NCBI RefSeq assembly: GCF_001194135.2
Contig: NC_068981.1
Coordinates: 103,177,244-103,223,274 of the forward strand
From: Octopus bimaculoides
Taxonomy: Eukaryota
DNA: 46,031 nt
Direction: 5' to 3'
How positions within the stretch are numbered: position 1 is the first letter of the stretch; the number at the start of each line of letters is the position of its first letter. The position numbers and the translations under genes were made by a program. The notes under the pieces are model-generated. The model was not told the DNA's origin. It searched no databases and saw only the letters and a list, made by a program, of their open reading frames with translations. Positions 36,038-46,031 of this stretch are shown in pieces.

Positions 36038-36473
36038 AAAGATAAGAATGTCATGCCTAGAGTGGTTTGTCTTTAATCATAGGTGTCTTCAGTTGGTTCT
36101 GAATAAAAGCTAACCAACAATAGCAACGACTGTAATAACAAAGTTAGCAAGAGTGCCTTCAAGTACTCAAACAATATCTCCAGAGTATTACTACAACGGC
36201 ATCTTTAAAATACTATTGCATTCACTGGGCTTAAGCAAGTACCAGAAACACGTACTTATAGACGTAACTGTATTATCAATAGCCTCATTGTCCAAAAATT
36301 ACCTTGATGCCCTCTACTAACAATAAACACAAGGGCAAAGCAAACTGGCGCTCTGACCGATTTCACCCTTCCTGCCTCCGTTATATCCACTCACAAGATT
36401 TACAGATGTACAGAGATAGATTAAACAATGGAAAAACTTAAACGCGTCCAAACTGTAACCCTGTACTCTGTAT

Positions 36474-37100
36474 CAGTGGTCCCAAACCGTTTTGGCACTG
36501 CTCACAGGTTTCCTTCAAAACAACTTTTTCAACATGACAATACCTAATAAAGCGCATCATATATAATTTAATTATTACATANNNNNNNNNNNNNNNNNNN
36601 NNNNNNNNNNNNNNNNNNNNNNNNNNNNNNNNNNNNNNNNNNNNNNNNNNNNNNNNNNNNNNNNNNNNNNNNNNNNNNNNNNNNNNNNNNNNNNNNNNNN
36701 NNNNNNNNNNNNNNNNNNNNNNNNNNNNNNNNNNNNNNNNNNNNNNNNNNNNNNNNNNNNNNNNNNNNNNNNNNNNNNNNNNNNNNNNTTTCCCGCCGTC
36801 ACCACTTGACAACGTTGGTGCATTTATGTCCCCGTAACTTATCGGTTCGGCAAAATGGACCGATAGAGTAAGCACTAGGTTTAAGAAATAAGTCCTGGGG
36901 TTAATTTGTTTGACTAAAGGTGGTACTCCAGCATGGCTACAGTCAAATGACTGAAACAAGTAATAGAAAAAAAAATAAAAGAATACATACATACATACAT
37001 ACATACATTCTACAAACCCTACAGACTGCAACAGTCAATAAAATAGAAATAGAATTTTAAAATTTATCCTTGCTGTGCGACCCGGGGTCAGAGACCGCTG
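36474..37100. mobile_element. Non-autonomous hAT (Charlie/Buster-like) DNA transposon with 8-bp TSD
   Basis: Termini CAGTGGTCCCAAACC and GGTCAGAGACCGCTG; flanks ctctgtat (36466-36473) and ctctatat (37101-37108). Confidence 0.75.
36789..36975 (+). mobile_element. SINE family B 3' part nested in the hAT element
   Basis: cttgacaacg..ccgtaactt..ggttcggcaaa..gactgaaacaagtaatag. Confidence 0.88.
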
Positions 37101-38569
37101 CTCTATATAATTTATCACTGCATGTTAGGTTGCAGTATCTCCCTCACTTAGGTGGGGACATTGTATGACTGGGAAGATGTATCTGCCGCCACATCATTCG
37201 GTCGATTACTTCAGTGTCATACGTTTGTCCTGGGGCTACAGAAAAACATAATACTATAAGACTGTTGGATAAGGATTCACTTTGGGCTTAACAACTACCT
37301 GCGTGCAAAACGACTCTGAATCAGGGATAACTTATCGTACACATAGACGCACATACACGCATAGCTTTAATGAAAACAAACAAAAAACAAAGCTGATGCA
37401 TTTATCATAAAAGATAACGCTTTCATTCCTCGTTTCTTGAAATATGGTAATGCTATTCCCCGAAGCGAAATTCTTTGATTTCCAGTTCCTCTTCAACTAA
37501 ACCAGATGGAAGGGTGTGTGTGGGTTGGAGTGGTGGTATAGAACAGCAATAACAACAATAACTGCAAACTCACTCCCACTGTCATCACAAGAGCCACTAC
37601 AACAACCACTATTACCCCCCACAACCACAAAAGACGCGACGCCTACACTGAATGGTGTAGTCCTGGATACTTCATTTCTGAGGATACAGTAACGGTTGGA
37701 ATGTCTGAAATGAGCTCTGCCAAACCTGGGATTAAACAACAACGACAACAGCAGCAATAGATAAGCCAACGACGTTTTCTACCGGGGTCCATAGGACCCT
37801 TGAGGGTTCATATAAGATTTTGCTCTTAAAACTTAAAGACTATAATTTGTTATACTTCTAAAATACACAATATTTTTACGCTTTTTTTTTAGATACGATT
37901 CCTAATAACGTCTAATAATAACAATACGAGATCTTTTTTAAAACATCGAATGGTTATGGGGTGTTCAATAAAGTAAAATAGAAATCAAAGGGGTTCATTG
38001 GTAAAAAAAAAAAAAATTTCAGGACCATTGCTCTAGATGTTCGATCGATCTGCTGGAAATAATAGCAAGTCTTCCTCTAATCTTAGTCTATAGCTTTAGA
38101 AAGGGAAAAACATATTAGGTAATTCAGACACCTTTGTTCAAAACCGATTGAAATGTATTTTGATCATGAGTGCTCGATGAAAACTAACATTTTCTTAAAC
38201 AAAAACAAACGTAGATTTTACATGATCAGGCGAATTACGAGAAATTGTAGTTTTGAAAACATCAACTCTACATCAACTCACCATCGACTCATACATACAG
38301 GCTTCTACATACATACATACATACATACATACATAGGGTAAAAATTGGATATTAATTAATATCCATTTAATACCAGGTAACCAGCACATTAAAAGAATCA
38401 GGGAGATTCAGAAAAATTATCTGAATCTCAAAGGATTATTGTATATGTACATATAAAAATATGGCCTCATTTATATACATACATACATACATACATACAT
38501 ACATACATACATACATGCATGTATGTATATAATTGTGTGTGTGTATTTATATATTTTGTTTTCTTGCAT

Positions 38570-39023
38570 ACATACGTTCAGAAAGAAAACGGCTACAGAT
38601 GAAGTTGACTATATTAAGAGCAATGGGTGAAAAGAATATTGGTGTAACTTAAAAATTAAAACGGCAGCCACGCTAGAACACATCCGGACAAATATTGCTA
38701 TGTGGGACACCAAAGAAAAGATATGTTTTGTTATGGAAATCAGCTGCCCTCTGGACATCAATGTGGTGAGAAAAATATAAGAGAAAGAGAACATCTATGG
38801 ATCATTCATAAGGAGTTTGCAAATCCAGTACCCAAGATACTTTTAGCTTTATACCTATTGTTATTGGAGCAACAGGATATATAACAAACCGCCTGAAGCA
38901 AAGAATGGCTGACCTTGGGATCTTGGAGAGAGAGAGTGCAAATCCTTAATTCATACGCTACAAATGATCACGATATTTGAGTCTATAAAAACCTGCAAGA
39001 CCTTCTTAAGATTTAAAGGCTGA
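38570..39023 (+). mobile_element. R4/Dong-like retrotransposon 3' fragment (RLE endonuclease domain)
   Basis: KEYWCNLKIKT..EHIRTNIAMWDTKEKICFVMEISCPLD..EKENIYG..FIPIVIGATGY..TCKTFLRFKG* (stop 39021-39023). The PD motif has decayed to TN. Confidence 0.8.
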
Positions 39024-39845
39024 TGAACAAAACAAAATGCTTTCCTTCCCAACCTTGCTATCAGGTAGGTGGTAGACGGTCAAAATTCTAAATTGAAAAG
39101 AGAAAGAGAACACATAGACACACACACACACTCACATATATGTGTGTGCGTGCGTGTATGTATTTATATATGCATTCATGTACACACACACACACTTATT
39201 TGTTTCAATCATTGGACTGCGGCCTTGTAGGTACAGTTGCTGCTGCTGCTGTCTCTGCTACTACTACTACTACTACTACTACACACCCGCCACTTTTGCT
39301 GCTGCTACTACAAACATCACTACCAATAACAATTCCAGCACCACAATCACCATGAACACCAACACCACTACCACTACCACAACCACCACCAACAAACAGC
39401 AACAACACGACGATATTTGGTACTACGAATACAGTTAAATCATCCAATACTTCATTTTCCCTGACACATCATAATCTTTGCTTTCAGTCGTATTTGGGGC
39501 TCCACTATGTCTGAGTTGGCTTTTCTTTCTGCTTCCAACTCTGCAATCACTACCACCGTCACTGGTACCACCACTGCCACCGCTGTCACCGCTGCCTTTC
39601 AGCATCACTGCCACGGGCACTGCCGATAACAACAACACCAAAAAACTGAAACAACGACAAATATAACAGCACAATTACCAGACATTTTCATTTTTACCCT
39701 CACCTCACGCTTTACACGCAAGCGCATACTTTTCCGAGCATATTCATATGTATGTGTGAGTGTGTGCGCGCACGCTTGCGTGTGTATATGTGCGTATGTG
39801 AGTGTGTGTTTATGTGTGTGTGTTTGTGTGTGCATAAATGTATGC

Positions 39846-39892
<47 letters not shown>

Positions 39893-40715
39893 NNNNNNNN
39901 NNNNNNNNNNNNNNNNNNNNNNNNNNNNNNNNNNNNNNNNNNNNNNNNNNNNNNNNNNNNNNNNNNNNNNNNNNNNNNNNNNNNNNNNNNNNNNNNNNNN
40001 NNNNNNNNNNNNNNNNNNNNNNNNNNNNNNNNNNNNNNNNNNNNNNNNNNNNNNNNNNNNNNNNNNNNNNNNNNNNNNNNNNNNNNNNNNNNNNNNNNNN
40101 NNNNNNNNNNNNNNNNNNNNNNNNNNNNNNNNNNNNNNNNNNNNNNNNNNNNNNNNNNNNNNNNNNNNNNNNNNNNNNNNNNNNNNNNNNNNNNNNNNNN
40201 NNNNNNNNNNNNNNNNNNNNNNNNNNNNNNNNNNNNNNNNNNNNNNNNNNNNNNNNNNNNNNNNNNNNNNNNNNNNNNNNNNNNNNNNNNNNNNNNNNTA
40301 TGTAAACCCTACTTGCAATAGCCTGAAGGCTATTGTAATGCCAGTCTCACATGCACTTTCATTGATGTACGTGAATGTATATGCCTGTGTGTGCGTGTAT
40401 GTTAATGTGTGAGCTTGTGTGTGTGTACATGTGTGTGTAAATTTGTCTGACTATATGCACGTGCGTATACGTTTGGGTATGTAGATTTAAGTGGATAATT
40501 TCAGGACCAGGGAAAGCTTCACGATTGGGAAAAAAGCAGTTCTCACAGAAAGTTAAAAAACAAAAAGAAAGAAACTAAATCATGAATGAACTAAGATTAG
40601 GTAAAAAAAAATAATAAAAAGTGGAAAATGATATATACTTTCACATTCTCATGTGGAAGGACACGTATAAACACACACACACACACTCTCTCACACACAC
40701 ACATATGTATATATA

Positions 40716-41160
40716 ACTGGCACTCCGTCAGTTATGACGATGAATGCTCCAGTTGATAGCTTCGAAGGAACAACAGTCCGCTCGTGAAATTAAAGTGGAA
40801 GTGGTTGAGCACTCCACAGATATGCGTACCCCTTTAGCGTAATTCTCAGCAAGATTTATCATGACAGTATGTGACAAGGTTGGCCCCTGATATGCTGGCA
40901 CTACTCATTTTTTACCAGTTGAGTAGAAGTAAAAAAGAGGTAAAGTCATGCCGACTCATAAGGACCGGTTTTCTAGTTCCCATGGCTTATATATTCCCCA
41001 CCTAGACGGGACGCCGGTCCGTCGCAGGGTTACTTCTTTTTTACCAGCTAAGTGGACTGGAACAACGTGAAGTAAAAAGAGGCTTTCTGAAAGATAAATC
41101 ACGCGCTGAGTATCGAACTCACGACCTTATGATCCTGAGACAAATACCCTTAACTATAAA
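40716..41160 (-). mobile_element. Nested or composite tRNA-headed SINEs (families C and D)
   Basis: actggcactccgtc..gctcgtgaaatt..gagcactccacaga tail (C); gtaaagtcatgccgac..gacgggacgccggtccgtcgcagg tail (D); shared core and a decayed tRNA head near 41100-41160. Confidence 0.7.
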
Positions 41161-41280
41161 TTCACGTGCTAAGCATACGCATTTTCAAAAATAAAGTATA
41201 TATATATATAATGCAAATAAACTCACACATAATATCTATACACACACCTATACACCTTATTGATCTATTCCTCATATAAT

Positions 41281-41462
41281 GGTTTCAAATTTTGGTACAA
41301 GGCCAGCAATTTAGAGGGAGGTGTTAAGTCAATTACATCGACCTTAGTATTCAACTGGTACTTATTATACTAATCACGGAAGGGAGAAAGCTGACGACAG
41401 CGGAATTTGAACTCAGAACATAAAAGATAGCGTGCTAACGATTTTGCCAGTTTGCCGCCTTA
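41281..41462 (-). mobile_element. SINE family A
   Basis: ggtttcaaattttggtacaaggccagc...gtgctaacgattttgccagtttgccgcctta. Confidence 0.85.
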
Positions 41463-41612
41463 CACATCTTTCATTTATATTGTCCCGGCAAATAGTCCGC
41501 TAAGCAAGGATATATAACAATACATAAATGCGTGTATTTATATGTATAACTCACTTTCTGTCTTTCTTCCTTTCTTTCTTTCTTCCTTTCTATCTTACTT
41601 TCTTTTTTCCCT

Positions 41613-41644
<32 letters not shown>

Positions 41645-42195
41645 ACTTTCTTTGTTTCTTTGTTTCTTTGTTTCTTTCTTTATTTATTTATCCACTTTAT
41701 TTATTATCTCTTTGTACGTCTATTCAATTTATACATACATACACATGTGTACATCCATATGTATATGTGTGTGTGTGAGTATCTGTGTGTGTATGTACAT
41801 TTGTATGATTGTATGTCTGTACGTATGTATGTATGTACGCATGCATGCATGCAAGTCTGTCTGTCTGTCTGTATGTATGTATGTATGCATGCATAAAAAT
41901 TCCGAAGTCGTCTGTGAGAATCTGGGAGTAACAATTTGTGAAGTTTTAGAATCGACATATCTAAACCCACCATGACCCCACTAAAATGGTCTGTGAATTG
42001 TCTTGTGTTACTAGCATTAACAATTCCATGGACACTTAGTCTTTTTTTTTTAAAAAAAAAGCTAAACAGCTAATCAAGTACTCGATGGAGAGTTATATAA
42101 ATTATTCATTGAACTTGTTTTGTAACAATGTGTTCTTCGTTTCTTCTCTACCACATGTCATCAGGAAAAATACTTCATGCCGAAAATTTGTAAAG

Positions 42196-42229
<34 letters not shown>

Positions 42230-42654
42230 CAAAACACATCATAGATAACACCCAAACAGACCAAGGAAGAAAAAAAAAACCAAATCCTCTTAGTTAAGAA
42301 TATTGCAGCACATAGAACTATAAGAGTTTTATGTAAATTTATACTTACGTCGGGAAATATGGAGATGCCAGTTAGCCAAATTTCCCGGCATTGACAAGAT
42401 ATAAAGAATTACCAACTATATTACGTAGAAGTTCGCAATGACCGGAAGTTAATGAGAGGACAAGAGGGTGGTATGTAAATAATCAAATGATTATATTGGA
42501 AGTGTGTTGAAAAATTTGGTGCTGAGTTTGTTCATGCGTTAGGAGCGAAGCAGAATCTAGTAGTTCAAGCGTTTATACAAACTTCTATCATACATACAAG
42601 CCCACTTTAGTGAGATATAAAACTAGGCTAACACATATATGTGAAATAATATTT

Positions 42655-42880
42655 TTACTCTTTTACTCTTTTATTTGTTTCAGTCATTTGACTGCGGCCA
42701 TGCTGGAGCATCGCCTTTAGTCGAACAAATCGACCCCATGACTTATTCTTTGTAAGCCTAGTACTTTTTCTATCGATATCATTTGCGGAACTGCTAAGTT
42801 ATGGGGACGTAAACACACCAACATCGGTTGACAAGTGATGGTGGTGGGGGGTCAAACACAGATACACAACTACATATATA
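42655..42880 (-). mobile_element. SINE family B 3' half
   Basis: ttactcttttactctttt..gtttcagtcatttgactgcggccatgctggagc..ctaagttatggggacgtaaacacacc. Confidence 0.9.
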
Positions 42881-43042
42881 TATGATTTGACATTATTTTA
42901 AATTCTGCATGCAAAAACATATAAGATACAGGTATTCTTGTGAGAAATTCTTTGTTCACCAGTGTTATTCTTATCGTAGATTACAAATCCAAGCGTGAAA
43001 ACGTTACTCGACTTTGGAGTTTTGGAGACAGACGCCCATGTT

Positions 43043-43073
<31 letters not shown>

Positions 43074-43613
43074 GAATGCATAAATGAACATATAAACTTA
43101 TATATGAATACTTGCATCCACATGCACTTATATATTAATGATGTACATAACTACATGACAAGTATACATAATACTGAAACACGCATAAAATAAACGCATG
43201 CAGACAAATATATTAATATAACAAATTAAAGATAAATGATAAAAACAAACAAACACTATAGAAATCAAGGAAGAGGCAAAAGAAACAGTAGGATTATACA
43301 GGTTGATTTTATTAGGTGTTTCTGTTTATTTAGAAACCTACAACGAACAAGTCATTTCACAGACACTAAACTATAAATTTCACAGGGTACAACCTTAAAG
43401 TCAACGTCGCTAAACGCAGAATTTTTCTGTTTTGGTATTGGTTAAAAATACATGGTTTTTTCAATTTTTAAACCTCTGTAACATTTTTTTCCACAACATC
43501 ATGCCTTCATAGCAATAAGAATGGAAAACTACATTAATATAGTCGATTTTCAGATTTTTTAGTTCCTTTTAAAAAATGCAGATTTTGTGAATCAGTTTAA
43601 GTCGATCCCAAGC

Positions 43614-43745
43614 TTCTTACCACACAGCCACTCCTGCGCCTATGTATTTCTATATTTCACTTCTTCCAGTTATTGGACTGCAGCCAAGTTGGAGCACCGC
43701 CTTCAAGTGTTTTAGCCGAATTGATTGATCCAATATTTATTTTTA
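43614..43745 (-). mobile_element. SINE family B 5' tip next to a family B 3' tail
   Basis: cttaccacacagccactcctgcgcct, then cttccagttattggactgcagccaagttggagcaccgcc. Confidence 0.75.
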
Positions 43746-43844
43746 AGTCTATTGGGTACACAAACTGGTACACATAGACATACGCACGCGCAGACACTCT
43801 CACATATGCAAAGATACTTATGATATATATAATAACGTTAAAAC

Positions 43845-44052
43845 GGCGAGCTGGCAGGATCGTTAGCGCACCGGACGAAATGATTAGCGGCATTTTGTCT
43901 GTCGTCTTGTTCTGAGCTCAAAATCTGCCGTGGTCGACTTTGCCTTTCATCCTTTCGGGGTCGATAGAATAAGTGCCAGTTATGCACTGAGGTGGATGTA
44001 ACCGACTTACCTCTGTCTGAAAATTGCCTGCCTTGAGCTAAAGTTTGAAATC
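43845..44052 (+). mobile_element. SINE family A, full length
   Basis: ggcgagctggcaggatcgttagcgcaccgg..ctgagctcaaatctgcc..cctttcggggtcgat. Confidence 0.9.
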
Positions 44053-44114
44053 AGTAAATACATTAATGTCTGTACAGATTATATTTATACATATATATTA
44101 ATGTTTGTTTATAA

Positions 44115-44180
<66 letters not shown>

Positions 44181-44867
44181 ACGAGGGTGGCTATACGCAA
44201 TATAAAATCAAGAAGGAAAAAATTAAAATTCAATTGTCACTAATTGTAACTGAGGGTGCCGGGTAGCACCTATTATTGCAAGAAATAAGACTTAAAAACG
44301 CTTAGAGCCGCAAAAAAGCACATTTTCATATGCTGACAGGGGAGATAACCACCGATTAAGTTTTCACTGAAGTATAATCGAAGGTACATCATTTCTCATT
44401 TCTGGTGAAGTACTATAGACCCGGGCTTTAAAAAATCTCATGTATACAACGGAGACAAAGTTTGCATATGCGTGAAATGGAGTAAAGGAAGAGAATAAAT
44501 TTAGAGTAACGACACTGCTACCATGCGACGTCAACGACTGCGACAGCGAAAATATTTATTAATATTAATCTTATGTATCGTAATAATAATTAGAAGCACT
44601 GTAATTTATTATAACCATCATTATATCCATTATTATCTCTATCGTTAATTTCCAAGAGTGATGCTATATACTAAGACATAGATTATTATATCTCGGATGG
44701 TATAATTCAATAAACATGAAATACGGAAATAATGTCAACTAGCACGTCAATGTTTGGAAATTTAGTTACAAGCCAGTGGGGATACATTGAATTAGTAAAA
44801 AGGAATTATGTTTCCTAATGACATCCAGTAGGGTTAAAACAAATTGAACATCATAAAGAGATAACTT

Positions 44868-44980
44868 CTGTGTCTGTATTTGCCCTCCCCCCCCCTCCAT
44901 CAACGCTTGACAACCGGCCGGTGTAGGTGAGTTTACGTTCCCGTAACTTAGCGCTTCGGCAACACCCTAACTACTAGGCC
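44868..44980 (+). mobile_element. SINE family B internal fragment
   Basis: gcttgacaaccg..ccgtaacttagcgcttcggcaa. Confidence 0.7.
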
Positions 44981-45587
44981 ACACATATACATACATGCAC
45001 ACCCATATATACGTTTGGTGCTGCAAACAGGAAAACAGAACTCTGTATATATATATATATATNNNNNNNNNNNNNNNNNNNNNNNNNNNNNNNNNNNNNN
45101 NNNNNNNNNNNNNNNNNNNNNNNNNNNNNNNNNNNNNNNNNNNNNNNNNNNNNNNNNNNNNNNNNNNNNNNNNNNNNNNNNNNNNNNNNNNNNNNNNNNN
45201 NNNNNNNNNNNNNNNNNNNNNNNNNNNNNNNNNNNNNNNNNNNNNNNNNNNNNNNNNNNNNNNNNNNNNNNNNNNNNNNNNNNNNNNNNNNNNNNNNNNN
45301 NNNNNNNNNNNNNNNNNNNNNNNNNNNNNNNNNNNNNNNNNNNNNNNNNNNNNNNNNNNNNNNNNNNNNNNNNNNNNNNNNNNNNNNNNNNNNNNNNNNN
45401 NNNNNNNNNNNNNNNNNNNNNNNNNNNNNNNNNNNNNNNNNNNNNNNNNNNNNNNNNNNNNNNNNNNNNNNNNNNNNNNNNNNNNNNNNNNNNNNNNNNN
45501 NNNNNNNNNNNNNNNNNNNNNNNNNNNNNNNNNNNNNNNNNNNNNNNNNNNNNNNNNNNNNNNNNNNNNNNNNNNNNNNNNNNNNNN

Positions 45588-45790
45588 ACTGCGGCCATGT
45601 TGGAGTACTACCTTACAGGATTTTTTTAGTCAAAGAAATCAAAGTCAGAGCCTATTCTTTGTAAGCATAGTACGTACTTCAGCGGTCTCCGTTGCGGAAC
45701 TGCCAAGTTATGGGGACGTAAACACACCAACACCGGTTGTCAAGCGATAATAGAGGTGACAAATAGATACAAAGATACATACACATAAAT
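45588..45790 (-). mobile_element. SINE family B 3' half
   Basis: actgcggccatgtggagtac..ccaagttatggggacgtaaacacaccaacaccggttgtcaagcgat. Confidence 0.85.
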
Positions 45791-45907
45791 ATATACATGT
45801 ATATATATGTGTACGCACCCTATCCTCGCTGGCTTGTAACTAAATTCCTCAAACATGACGTGACAGTTGACATTAGTTCCGTTTTATATTTGAATATATA
45901 TAATAAG

Positions 45908-45949
<42 letters not shown>

Positions 45950-46031
45950 GATATGCAGGGCAGGGAATCATCAATTAGTAATAAAATTAATAATTAACGA
46001 TTCTGCCGGGTAGCTCAGTATGAAAAAAACC

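Noticed and set aside
3233-45750. Long ORFs in the track spanning N-runs or dinucleotide/trinucleotide repeats (poly-HT, CV, YI, LS, RE and similar)
   Set aside because: They are open only because Ns and simple repeats contain no stops.

Overview
AT-rich eukaryotic genomic DNA from a gapped draft assembly, dense in microsatellites, with many N-gaps next to them. The SINE families and compound microsatellites look like those of an octopus genome (inference from recalled repeat sequences, not a search). I find no intact protein-coding gene, rRNA, real tRNA gene or CRISPR array; nearly all ORFs in the supplied track are microsatellite or N-gap artefacts. The window is intergenic or intronic. It carries many tRNA-derived SINEs; decayed non-LTR retrotransposon pieces of three kinds (HERO-like, R4/Dong-like twice, RTE twice); a mariner-derived fold-back element; a hAT element with an 8-bp TSD; a Helitron 3' end; and one plausible orphan exon on the minus strand (19863-19959). 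The most interesting signal is non-coding: nine dispersed minimal type-I hammerhead-ribozyme-like motifs, most with a self-complementary (dimer-type) helix III. One has a fully canonical core (1681-1775). Three share GAAACCGGTT and replace the C3:G8 core pair with U3:A8 (twice) or A3:U8 (once), keeping complementarity. All structures were folded by eye and none is tested.
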